Numbered from the stretch's first letter, positions 22,318 to 34,758 are shown. The stretch is 64,000 nucleotides of DNA from Eledone cirrhosa (GCA_964016885.1 OZ024758.1:29884001-29948000); one strand, 5' to 3'. A program made the numbers and translations. Notes: generated from the sequence alone by a model not told the origin.

Positions 22318-23130
22318 AGGGTAGTGGATTGGCAGAATTGTTAGAGCGGGAGACAAAATTCTTTGCAATATTTGTTCCAGTTCTTTACATTCTGAGTTTA
22401 AATCCAGCCGAGTTAGCTTTGCCTTTCATCCTTACGGGGTCAATAAAATAAAGTACCAGTAATGTACTGGGGTCAATTTAATCAACTTTCCCCTCCTGCA
22501 AAGTTGCTGGCTTTGTGCCTATAGTAGAAATCATTGTGTTGTAGTTAGGGTTAGGGTTAGGGTTAGGGTTAGGGTGGTGGATTGGCAGAATTGTTAGAGT
22601 GCCAGACAAAACTCTTTGCAATAGTTCCAGCTCTTTACATTCTAAGTTCAAATTCTGCCAGGGGCAGTTTTGCCTTTCATCCATCTCAGGTGGGGAGTTG
22701 ATAAAATAAAGTACCAGTCAAATATTGGGGTTGATTTAATCGACTTTCCACCCCCCTCCTCAAATTGCTGGCTTTGTGCCTGAATTAGAAACCATTATTA
22801 TTAGAGGGTCGGACGCCATGCTTTCCAGCATAGTTACGTCCCTTTATGATCTGAGTTCAAATCCCGCCGAGGTTGACTTTGCCTTTCATCCTTACGGGGT
22901 CGATAAAATAAAGTACCAGTAATGCACTGAGTAATTGCTGGCCTTGTGCCTAAAGTAGAAACATTATTATTATTGGTTGATTGGAAGATTTAGTAGATCA
23001 GTGGATGAAATACCATTGCAGTATTTGATCTGACTCTTTACATCCTCAGTTCAAATACCGCTGGAGTCAACATTGCCTTTCATTCTTTTGAGGTCGATAA
23101 AAAAAATACCAGTCTAATACTGGGGTTGAT
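22318..23130 (+). mobile_element. Cluster of four head-to-tail family-1 SINE copies
   Basis: Copies near 22318, 22571, 22803 and 22980 share GAGTTCAAAT...GCCTTTCATCC...GATAAAATAAAGTACCAGT. Confidence 0.85.
22545..22574 (+). repeat. (TTAGGG)5 interstitial telomere-type repeat
   Basis: Five perfect TTAGGG units between two SINE copies. Confidence 0.9.
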
Positions 23131-23239
23131 TCTTCCTCTATATATCTTTTTCATTTTCTCTATCCTTCTCTGGAAGAAATCTGCTGTATTCAGACCTGGA
23201 GAGGAGATGGGCTCTGTTAGCTTTAAAAATGCCCTAGAA

Positions 23240-23585
23240 GTACCAGTTAAGTACTGGGGTTGATATAATTGTCTTTAACTGTCCCTTAAATTGCTGGCCT
23301 TTCATCCTTTTGTGGTTGATAAAATACAGTACCAGTTAAGTACTGGGGTTAATATAATTGTTTTTAACTGTCCCTTAAATTGCTGGCCTTTCATCCTTTT
23401 GTGGTTGATAAAATACAGTACCAGTTAAGTACTGGGGTTAATATAATTGTTTTTAACTGTCCCTTAAATTGCTGGCCTTTCATCCTTTTGTGGTTGATAA
23501 AATACAGTACTAGTTACGTACTGGGGTTGATATAATTGTCTTTAACTGTCCCTTAAATTGCTGGCCAATGTTAGAAAGAATTATT
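23240..23585 (+). repeat. About 89-bp tandem repeat (about 3.7 copies) derived from the SINE 3' half
   Basis: Unit GTACCAGTTAAGTACTGGGG...TTGCTGGCCTTTCATCC...GATAAAATACA. Confidence 0.85.
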
Positions 23586-23661
23586 AATATTAGAAACTCA
23601 TTTCTACTGACTTTAGCTAGATTTTAACTCAGACGGCAAAGAGCTTAAAAAAATTCCTTAA

Positions 23662-23869
23662 CCCTCTAGCATTGAAACCGGTTATATCCGGCCAGAATTC
23701 TCTCACTTCTTTCAGTTCAAACTGGCTGTGACTGGCTGCTTATACTGATGTTAAGGTATTGTTCTCAAAACAAATAATATTAAAATCTCATAGATATGAT
23801 ATTATGTGAGATAAATCCTTTACCGTGAAAATATAATAGTAAATATAGAGTAATGTAAATGCTAAAGGG
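23662..23869 (-). mobile_element. piggyBac-like MITE, 208-bp unexpanded form of the 72-bp-array element
   Basis: TTAA|CCCTCTAGCATT ... AATGCTAAAGGG|TTGA (TIR 11/12). The reverse complement holds one copy of the array unit plus the unique right arm seen at 26240-26376. Confidence 0.85.
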
Positions 23870-24614
23870 TTGAAGTATTTTTTCTGACGCTGTAATGATT
23901 CTGCCAATTTACTTACTGGCAAACTTTAAGAAATGTAGTTCATTAAACTATTTGACTGGTAATTAATTTATGGCGTTCTTCCCCTCACCTGAAGGATGAC
24001 AGGTAAAGTCAACACCTGCATAATTTGAAACAGCAGGATGGAATTAGATATTATTAAGTAGGTAGTTTGTAGTTCTATCCTTCACTCTATCTACTACTTC
24101 ACTCCTTAATTATTAGTATTTCTACCAATATGAGACAAGTAATCTTCAAACAATTAATTAATCCATTCATTACTATATTTCTAAGGGAAGACACTGCCTA
24201 TTTTAATTAATTTTGAAAATATAATCAAGAATTCGGAGAGATTTAGTAATAACTTTCTCAATACTAAACTAGTGTTTGGAACATAACTTAACTGAGTTCT
24301 TACATAGAATTATGGTGGAAAGATTTTAGATACTTCTAAAAGCACCCAGTAGATGCTGTAAAGTGGTTGGTGTTAGGAAGGAGCAGGGCCCTTCAGTTTG
24401 TGTCAAAAGACATGACAACTTCTCCTCTGTACTTGATATGACTGTTTGTAAGCAGAATACAGACCCTTGGTCTGCCTGGGAAGTCTTGCTTCAGTACCGA
24501 CTTGTTCTTTGTAGACCCATGCAACTCTTGCTAGCAGGGAAAGTGGATGTTAAATGATGATCATGATGATGATAATGATAAGCACTTTCAAATAAAAATA
24601 ACTCAATATTATAA

Positions 24615-24890
24615 AAGGGTGATGTGTTGTTTCCTTGAGCAAGACACTTTATTTCACATTGCTCCAGTTTACTCAGTTGTAGAAATGAGATGATAGGGAC
24701 TGGGGTCCCTATCATTCCACTGCAAAGTGGTCGTGGAGGTGCCACGGCAAAAAAGCACCCAGCACTCGCTGTAAATGAGGTTGGTGTTAGGAAGGGCATC
24801 CAGCTGTAGAAATCAAGCCAGAATCAGTTCCCGTCCCACCCTTGCAAGCAGGGAAAAGTGGACGTAAAATGATGATGATGATGATGATGA
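24615..24890 (+). mobile_element. tRNA-SINE family 2, 5'-truncated, with RTE-derived 3' end
   Basis: Reverse complement of the 34015-34343 copy. Ends CCCACCCTTGCAAGCAGGGAAAAGTGGACGTAAAA(TGA)n like RTE family B. Confidence 0.85.
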
Positions 24891-25006
24891 AAGCCAGTTT
24901 CAGGTGGTTTGGTATTGAGATAGAATTGGTTTCAATTTCTGATCATAAAAAACACTGTGCTGAGATGATATACACCCAGTGATAAGTGCAACAAAACAAG
25001 CAGCTA

Positions 25007-25194
25007 CAGGTAAAATTCCGTTATAACGAATACCATTATAATGAATTTTTCAGTATAATGAAATTTTTTTCAATCCCAAAGGTAACAACAAACAAACGCT
25101 CAATTTGTTTTGGTCAATCTCGTTATAAAGAATTTTTTGTGACAACAAATTTTTTTTATACCCCGTGAATTTTGTTATAACTGAATTTCAATTC
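25007..25194. mobile_element. Degenerate pogo/Tigger-like MITE
   Basis: caggtaaaattccgttataacgaa ... tttgttataactgaatttc inverted ends with repeated gttataa motifs. Confidence 0.5.
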
Positions 25195-25365
25195 TAGGCC
25201 CTTCATCCCTGGTCAACTGAATGTATAAACTACCTCTCGTTCTTAATAGAGTTGACAAATTATGCTATTTTCACAAATTATGTTACTAAACTTGACTTGT
25301 TTACCACTTTGACAAGTATATATGAACTTTCAAATGAAATTCAGTTTGTATTTTTCACATCTTAA

Positions 25366-26376
25366 CCCTTTAGCATTCACATTACTATATATATACTATT
25401 ATATTTTCATGGTAAAGGCTTTACCTCACATAATATCTCACATAACATTCACATTACTATATATATACTATTATATTTTCATGATAAAGGTTTTACCTCA
25501 CATAATATCTCACATAACATTCACATTACTATATATATACTATTGTATTTTCACAGTAAAGGCTTTACCTCACATAATATCTCACATAACATTTACATTA
25601 CTCTATATATACTATTGTATTTTCACAGTAAAGGCTTTACCTAACATAATATCTCACATAACATTTACATTACTCTATATATACTATTGTATTTTCACAG
25701 TAAGGGCTTTACCCCACATAATATCTCACATAACATTCACATTACTCTATATATACTATTGTATTTTCATGGTAAAGGCTTTACCTCACATAATATCTCA
25801 CATAACATTTACATTACTCTATATATACTATTGTATTTTCACAGTAAAGGCTTTACCTCACATAATATCTCACATAACATTTACATTACTCTATATATAC
25901 TATTGTATTTTCACAGTAAAGGCTTTACCTCACATAATATCTCACATAACATTTACATTACTCTATATATACTATTGTATTTTCACAGTAAGGGCTTTAC
26001 CCCACATAATATCTCACATAACATTTACATTACTCTATATATACTATTGTATTTTCACAGTAAAGGCTTTACCTCACATAATATCTCACATAGCATTTAC
26101 ATTACTCTATATATACTATTGTATTTTCATGGTAAAGGCTTTACCTCACATAATATCTCACATAACATTTACATTACTCTATATATACTATTGTATTTTC
26201 ACAGTAAAGGCTTTACCTCACATAATATCTTACATAATATCGAATCTATGAGATTTTGAAAGTATTTATTTTCAGAACAATACGTTAACATCAGTTTGAG
26301 TGACCAGTTACAGCCAGTTTCAACAGAAAGAGGTAGAGAATTCTGGCCCGTTTTGGCTGGTTTGAACATTAAAGGG
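25366..26376 (+). mobile_element. Complete piggyBac-like MITE with about 12 internal 72-bp units
   Basis: TTAA (25362-25365) CCCTTTAGCATTCA ... TGAACATTAAAGGG TTAA (26377-26380). Confidence 0.9.
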
Positions 26377-26619
26377 TTAAAACATAATCTTTTGTGGTGC
26401 ATCTACTTACACTTCGTGGCACCAAGTAGGAGAAACCCTTGTCTACATAACAACTCAACAAAACATACACAAAGTCAGCCATTGGAGCAGATTGGGACCA
26501 TAGCCACCACATCTACATTATTCATTCAACTTGCTAGACATAGCAATCAAATCTCCCTAAAATCACACTCTACTGTCTTATAAAAAAGGATGACATATTG
26601 AATAATGCAGTTCTATATA

Positions 26620-26802
26620 TAATTGTTTCTACTTTTGGCACAAGGCCGGCAATTTCCCCAGTGCATTACTGGTACTTTATTTTATCGACCCCGTAAGGAT
26701 GAAAGGCAAAGTTAACCTCGGCGAGATTCGAACTCAGAATGGCAAGGGCCATAACTCTATGCGTCAAAGCATGGCGTCCGACCCTCTACTGATACCGCCA
26801 AT
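26620..26802 (-). mobile_element. Family-1 SINE
   Basis: Reverse complement of 710-895. Confidence 0.85.
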
Positions 26803-26831
26803 AATATTAATGTTTGGTATATAGAGCTTAC

Positions 26832-26885
26832 CAAGGACAAAATGGCAGTAAACTTATAAGATATATATTGGATATTGGAGAGAGA
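26832..26885 (-). CDS. Candidate 54-bp exon (SLSNIQYISYKFTAILSL)
   Basis: Minus-strand acceptor acatcttctag, donor G|gtaagc, open phase-0 frame. Confidence 0.3.
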
Positions 26886-26919
26886 CTAGAAGATGTATAA
26901 ACTTACACATTGTTCCTTA

Positions 26920-28540
26920 TATAGTTAACTGTTATACAGTTAACAGTATATAGTTATATAGTTCACAGTATATAGTTATACAGTTAACAGTATATAGTTA
27001 TATAGTTCACAGTATATAGTTATACAGTTAACAGTATATAGTTATACAGTTAACAGTATATAGTTATATAGTTAACAGTATACAGTTAACAGTATATAGT
27101 TATACAGTTAACAGTATATAGTTATACAGTTAACAGTATATAGTTATATAGTTCACAGTATATAGTTATACAGTTAACAGTATATAGTTATATAGTTCAC
27201 AGTATATAGTTATACAGTTAACAGTATATAGTTATACAGTTAACAGTATACAGTTAACAGTATATAGTTATATAGTTCACAGTATATAGTTATACAGTTA
27301 ACAGTATACAGTTAACAGTATATAGTTATACAGTTAACAGTATATAGTTTTACAGTTAACAGTATATAGTTATACAGTTAACAGTATATAGTTAACAGTA
27401 TATAGTTATACAGTTCACAGTATATGGTTATACAGTTAACAGTATATAGTTATACAGTTAACAGTATATAGTTATACAGTTAACAGTATATAGTTATACA
27501 GTTAATAGTATATAGTTATATAGTTCACAGTATATAGTTATACAGTTAACAGTATATAGTTATATAGTTCACAGTATATAGTTATACAGTTAACAGTATA
27601 TAGTTATACAGTTAACAGTATACAGTTAACAGTATATAGTTCACAGTATATAGTTATACAGTTAACAGTATACAGTTAACAGTATATAATTATATAGTTC
27701 ACAGTATATAGTTATACAGTTAACAGTATATAGTTTTACAGTTAACAGTATATAGTTATACAGTTAACAGTATATAGTTATACAGTTAACAGTATATAGT
27801 TATACAGTTAACAGTATATAGTTATATAGTTCACAGTATATAGTTATACAGTTAACAGTATATAGTTAACAGTATATAGTTATACAGTTAACAGTATATA
27901 GTTATACAGTTAACAGTATATAGTTATACAGTTAACAGTATATAGTTATACAGTTAACAGTATATAGTTATACAGTTAGCAGTATATAGTTATACAGTTA
28001 ACAGTATATAGTTATACAGTTAACAGTTATACAGTTAACAGTATATAGTTATACAGTTAACATTATACAGTTAACATTATATAGTTATACAGTTAACAGT
28101 ATATAGTTATACATTATACAGTTAACAGTATATAGTTATACAGTTAACAGTATATAGTTATACAGTTCACAGTATATAGTTATACAGTTAACAGTATATA
28201 GTTATACAGTTAACAGTATATAGTTATACAGTTCACAGTATATAGTTATACAGTTAACAGTATATAGTTATACAGTTAACAGTATATAGTTATACAGTTA
28301 ACAGTATATAGTTATACAGTTAACAGTATATAGTTATACAGTTAACAGTATATAGTTATACAGTTAACAGTATATAGTTATACAGTTAACAGTATACAGT
28401 TAACAGTATATAGTTTTACAGTTAACAGTATATAGTTACAGTTAACGGTATATAGTTATACAGTTAACAGTATACAGTTCACAGTATATAGTTATACAGT
28501 TAACATTATATAGTTAATAGTTATACAGTATTCAGTTAAC
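26920..28540. repeat. 22-bp minisatellite (CAGTTAACAGTATATAGTTATA)n, about 70 copies
   Basis: Direct inspection. Built from 7-8-bp subunits. Confidence 0.95.
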
Positions 28541-28914
28541 TACAGAATGGAGGAATGTCTAACATGTACCCCCCCCCCCCATGTAAATGGCTGGCAAAAT
28601 GGCAAAAGAGATATTTGAGTCACATGACAACAGTGATGATGATGATGACATATTGTTGTTCAGCAGACTACTGAGGTCTGCTTTATCAGGTGTGTGCGTG
28701 TGTGTATGCGTGTGTTTGAAAATGTGTATGTGTGAGTATATTTGTGTGGGTGTTTGTGTGTATGCGTGTATTTGAATATGTATTTGTGTGGGTGTGTGTA
28801 TTTGTGTGGGTGTATGTGTGTGTGTGTATATCTGGGTGCATGTGTGTGTGTACACTTCCTATGGAGAGTGTTTATGGTGAACTGAATTTTCAGGCTTTGA
28901 TTTCCGGTTGAAAT

Positions 28915-29484
28915 AAATGTTAGTTTCAACATTAGAGATGACATAGTTTATGTCTGGCCAGGAAATATATACATACATATATACACATATACATATACAC
29001 TCACATGTACATATAAATGTTAGTTTCACCATTAGAGATGACATAGTTTATGTCTGGCCAGGAAATATATACATACATATATACACATATACATATACAC
29101 TCACATGTACATATAAATGTTAGTTTCACCATTAGAGATGACATAGTTTATGTCTGGCCAGGAAATATATACATACATATATACACATATACATATACAC
29201 TCACATGTACATATAAATGTTAGTTTCACCATTAGAGATGACATAGTTTATGTCTGGCCAGGAAATATATACATACATATATACACATATACATATACAC
29301 TCACATGTACATATAAATGTTAGTTTCACCATTAGAGATGACATAGTTTATGTCTGGCCAGGAAATATATACATACATATATACACATATACATATACAC
29401 TCACATGTACATATAAATGTTAGTTTCACCATTAGAGATGACATAGTTTATGTCTGGCCAGGAAATATATACATACATATATAC
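28915..29484. repeat. 100-bp tandem array, left part
   Basis: TCACATGTAC recurs at 29001, 29101, 29201, 29301 and 29401. Confidence 0.95.
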
Positions 29485-31984
29485 GATCTGTAACACTAAC
29501 TTCAAAAAACGTGACAATCACCTGATCACCTATAGATCCGGGGAACACACAAGCCAGGTAGATTATATCCTTACCAGAAGACGTGACAGAGTGTCTGTTG
29601 TAAACACTAAATCCCTCCCCCATGAAGAATGCACCTCCCAACATAGACTGATAATTAGCGACCTCATAGTCAGGTCGAGACGTACTCGACAGCAGAAGAG
29701 GACTATCCTCAGGAGAAAAATATGGAAGCTAAAGGACCCCACAGCCAAAAATAAATTTCAAAACATATTACTTGATGCTTTCGACAGTAAGGAAGAACAC
29801 TTAGAGTCGGACAATATAGAGGGACAGTGGGAATTTCTGAAAGCAAACCTGCTGTTGGCCACAGACGAAGTCTGTGGCTGGAGCAGGCCTGTAGGCAGGA
29901 GGAGAGTAACATGGTGGTGGAACAGTAAGGTGGAGGAGTCAGTTAAGGCCAAAAAGCAGGCTTGGAAAGTATGGCGGGATGGGGGAAGTAGAGTAGACTA
30001 TCAAGTGGCCAGGAGGGAAGCTAGGAGAGAAGTGTACTTAGCAAGAAGGGAAGCTGAGGAAAGAAAGTTCAAGCATGTCCTACAACGCGATGACCAAAAA
30101 CGTGAGGTGTTCAGGATTGCTAGGCAATGCGTCAAGGAAAACCGTGATATTGTCGGGGAGAAGTGTGTACTTAACGATGATGGCATACTTGCCATCACCG
30201 ACACTGATAAGAAGGCAGCTTGGAAGTGTCACTATGAAAGGCTACTAAATGAGGAGAATAAATGGGAGAAAGACAGTCTCCCCCATGTCGACCCAATAGA
30301 GGGACCAGCAGTGTTAGTCGAGGGGAGTATAATAAGTAAGGCAATCAAGGATATGAAGACAGGTAAGGCGGCTGGGCCTTCGGAAATAGTTGCTGAGATG
30401 CTGAAGGCATCTGGCACGGTGGGACACACCATGGTCACCCGCATAGTTAACCAAGTCGTACAGAATGGGGTTGTTCCGAAGGACTGGCATAGCAGCATCA
30501 TCGTTAACTGTTATAAGGGTAAAGGAGACGCCCTAGATAGGAGTAACTATAGAGGCATTAAATTAATCGACCAGGTCATGAAGGTCACAGAAAAAGTAAT
30601 AGCGCAACTAATCAGAGAGAGAATTGACCTAGATGAAATGCAGTTCGGGTTTGTGTCAGGCAAAAGTACCACAGACGCTCTTTTCATAGTACGACAACTA
30701 CAGGAGAAGTACCTAGCTAAAGGTAAACCCCTCTACTTAGCTTTTGTCGACTTGGAGAAAGCCTTCGACAGAGTCCCCCGCTCCATTATCTGGTGGGCTC
30801 TTAGAAAACTAGGCGTTGACGAATGGCTTGTGAGGGCTATACAAGCCATGTATAAAGAAACAGTCAGCAAGGTTAGAATTAACAACGAATATAGTGAAGA
30901 GTTTAGCGTAAAAGTTGGCGTCCATCAGGGCTCTGTTCTCAGCCCCCTACTATTTATTATTGCCCTTCAGGCTATAACAGAGGAGTTCAAGACAGGCTGC
31001 CCATGGGAACTCCTATACGCAGACGACCTGACACTCATAGCGGAATCAATGGCCGAGCTAGAGAAGAAATTCCAAACATGGAAGCACGGCCTAGAGTCAA
31101 AAGGACTTAAAATTAACCTGGCTAAGACCAAAGTTCTAGTTTGTAGGAAAGAAAACAAGGCGGCGGTCCCTTCTGGGAAAAGGTCGTGCTCGGTGTGTAG
31201 GAAAGGCGTAGGTAGAAACTCCATTTTGTGTCCTAAATGCAAAGTATGGGTGCATAAAAGATGTAGTGGGATCACAGGTAAGCTAACTAAGAACATAGAT
31301 TTTACATGTGGCCGGTGTTCTGGTGCAATAAGTAGCAGCAAGTGCCCACACAATACTAGCTCTTTCAATTGCGCAGAGGGTTCTATAGAAATAGTGGACA
31401 GCTTCCGTTACCTGGGCGATAAAATCAGCAGTGGGGGAGGGTGCTCTGAAAGTACTGTAGCTAGAGTCAGAACTGGTTGGAAAAAGTTCAGAGAGCTTAT
31501 ACCACTATTAGCTGCTAAAGGGTTCTCCCTAAAAATGAAAGGCAGGTTGTACGATGCCTGCATACGAACAGCAATGTTGCATGGCAGTGAGACCTGGGCA
31601 TTGTGTGCAGAGGATATACGCAGACTAGAGAGGAACGAAGCTTGCATGCTCCGCTGGATGTGTAACAGTAATATACGTGAACGGCAAAGCATAAACGAAC
31701 TAAGGAAAAAATTAGAGATAAGAGGGATCAGATGTTGTTTACTCGAGAGAAGGCTACGTTGGTATGGACACGTGATGCGCATGAAAGTCGATAGCTGTAT
31801 AACAAAGTGCAGGGCAATAAAGATAGACGGTAGCCACGGAATAGGCAGACCTAGAAAAACCTGGGACGAGCTGATAAACTCCGACCTCACACACTTACAC
31901 CTCTCCAAGACAATGTCACTGGACCGAGACCTTTGGCGGTACTCAGTAACAGAGAAGACCCGCCTTGCCAGTAGGCACCTCTAA
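29485..31984 (+). CDS. RTE ORF, lacking its N-terminus: end of APE, RT, and an embedded PHD-like finger
   Basis: SQVDYIL, QHRLI, TWWWN, NYRGIKL, QFGF, FVDLEKAFD, VHQGSVLSP, LYADD. The ORF-track ATG at 29450 comes from the satellite. Confidence 0.85.
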
Positions 31985-32340
31985 CAAAATACACCCCGTC
32001 CCACCACCACCACCCCCACCCCATCCACACCACCCCGTCCTATGTAAAGTTATGTTGGTGCCGCGCCATCCGGGCCGAAACAAATGAGATCGTGTAGGTG
32101 TCACGACAAAAAAACACACAGTCCACGCTGTAATGTGGCCGTGTAGGCAACACGGTAAAAACCTCCCAGACCCACACTGTAAATGTGGTTGGTGTTAGGA
32201 AGGGCATCCAACTGTAGAAAACCTGCCAGACAGTCCTATGCGAGCAAGACAATCACTCTTGCCTCAAGTGGGACTACCCCCGTCCAAACCCATGCAAGCG
32301 TGGAACACGGACGTTAAACGTTGATGATGATGATGATGAT
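29485..32340 (+). mobile_element. 5'-truncated RTE-clade LINE (family A) inserted in the 100-bp array
   Basis: Open frame to 31984, 3'UTR, (GAT)n tail. The array resumes in register at ATAC. Confidence 0.93.
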
Positions 32341-33440
32341 ACACATATACATATACACTCACATGTACATATAAATGTTAGTTTCACCATTAGAGATGAC
32401 ATAGTTTATGTCTGGCCAGGAAATATATACATACATATATACACATATACATATACACTCACATGTACATATAAATGTTAGTTTCACCATTAGAGATGAC
32501 ATAGTTTATGTCTGGCCAGGAAATATATACATACATATATACACATATACATATACACTCACATGTACATATAAATGTTAGTTTCAACATTAAAGATGAC
32601 ATAGTTTATGTCTGGCCAGGAAATATATACATACATATATACACATATACATATACACTCACATGTACATATAAATGTTAGTTTCAACATTAAAGATGAC
32701 ATAGTTTATGTCTGGCCAGGAAATATATACATACATATATACACATATACATATACACTCACATGTACATATAAATGTTAGTTTCAACATTAGAGATGAC
32801 ATAGTTTATGTCTGGCCAGGAAATATATATATATACATATATATACTCACATGTACATATAAATGTTAGTTTCACCATTAGAGATGACATAGTTTATGTC
32901 TGGCCAGGAAATATATACACATATACATATACACTCACATGTACATATAAATGTTAGCTTCACCATTAGAGATGACATAGTTTATGTCTGGCCAGGAAAT
33001 ATATATATACATATATATACTTATACACTCACATGTACATATAAATGTTAGTTTCAACATTAGAGATGACATAGTTTATGTCTGGCCAGGAAATATATAT
33101 ATACATATATACACATATACATATACACTCACATGTACATATAAATGTTAGTTTCACCATTAGAGATGACATAGTTTATGTCTGGCCAGGAAATATATAC
33201 ACATATACATATACACTCACATGTACATATAAATGTTAGTTTCACCATTAGAGATGACATAGTTTATGTCTGGCCAGGAAATATATATATACATATATAC
33301 ACATATACTTATACACTCACATGTACATATAAATGTTAGTTTCACCATTAGAGATGACATAGTTTATGTCTGGCCAGGAAATATATACATACATATATAC
33401 ACATATATATATACATACATATATACACTCACATGTACAT
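32341..33440. repeat. 100-bp tandem array, right part, decaying into AC/AT-rich simple repeat up to about 33862
   Basis: Same unit with a variable microsatellite portion. Confidence 0.93.
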
Positions 33441-34014
33441 ACATATATACATACACATATACACTCATGTACATACACATATATACACTCATATACACAC
33501 TCACATATATACATACATATATACACTCACATGTACATACATATATACACACACACATATACACTCATATGTACATACACATATATACACTCACATGTAC
33601 ATACACATATATACACTCACATGTACATACACATATACACTCACATGCGCATACACATATATACACACACATATACACTCATATGTACATACACATATAT
33701 ACACTGACATGTACATACACATATATACACTCACATGTACATACACATATATATACACTCACATATACACTCATATGTACATACACATATACACACACAT
33801 GTACACACACATACACACATATACACTCACATGTACACACACACACATATATACACACACATGTTGAAAATAGTATGGAGCACCAGAGTTGAGTGAAATA
33901 ATTCTATTGTCAGTCAACCTTTATAAACTCCTTCAGAATCTGGTGCGACGAATAAGATTTATTAAAATCGTTGCTCTGGCAACCAGCTCGAGGCACGATC
34001 ATTTCATTTTTTTT

Positions 34015-34343
34015 TTCATTTTACGTCCACTTTTCCCTGCTTGCAAGGGTGGGATGGGAACTGATTCTGGCTTGATTTCTACAGCTGGATGCCCTTCCTA
34101 ACACCAACCTCATTTACAGTGAGTGCTGGGTGCTTTTTTGCCGTGGCACCTCCACGACCACTTTGCAGTGGAATGATAGGGACCCCAGTCCCTATCATCT
34201 CATTTCTACAGCTGAGTAAACTGGAGCAATGTGAAATAAAGTGTCTTGCTCAAGGAAACAACACATCACCCGGTCTGAGAATTGAACTCACAATCTTTCG
34301 ATTGCAAGGCCAATGCTCTAACCACTAAGCCATGTGCCTCCAT
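34015..34343 (-). mobile_element. tRNA-SINE family 2, full length
   Basis: Minus strand: head TGGCTTAGTGGTTAGAGCA...GAGTTCAATTC, core TCCTTGAGCAAGACACTT, RTE-like 3' end. Confidence 0.9.
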
Positions 34344-34476
34344 AGATCTTATGTGATATTATACTCTGCTCTATAAGAGTATCGAGTGCTCAAACGGCCT
34401 ACCACTTACGGACGCTTTAAGCATCCCACACCAATTATATATATAAAAAATTAGAATTGGTGCTCTGAAATAGCGA

Positions 34477-34758
34477 TATATATATGAATGTATATATAGT
34501 GTATTTTGCAATACACTGTATGCTTAATTAAAAGCATTTCGAAGACCTTATGCTATTGTTTTAGAGTAGTGACAGTCTCACTTACTTTAAATTTTCAGCA
34601 AAAACAGAGCTCTGTCAGCTTTATCTCCCCTGTTTGCTGAAAATTTAAAGTAAGTGAGACTGTCACTACTCTAAAACAATAGCGTAAGGTCTTCGAAATA
34701 CTTTTAATTAAGCATACGGTGTATTGCAAAATACACTATATATACATTCATATATATA
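34477..34758. repeat. Near-perfect fold-back inverted repeat (arms about 130 bp, loop about 20 bp)
   Basis: The arms are reverse complements with only a few mismatches. Confidence 0.9.

Noticed and set aside
34270-34343. tRNA gene
   Set aside because: The tRNA-like head continues into a multi-copy SINE body and has no proper acceptor stem.
34635-34670. CUGAAAA...GAGA-CUGUC in the fold-back arm as a hammerhead
   Set aside because: Two core mismatches and no stem I.
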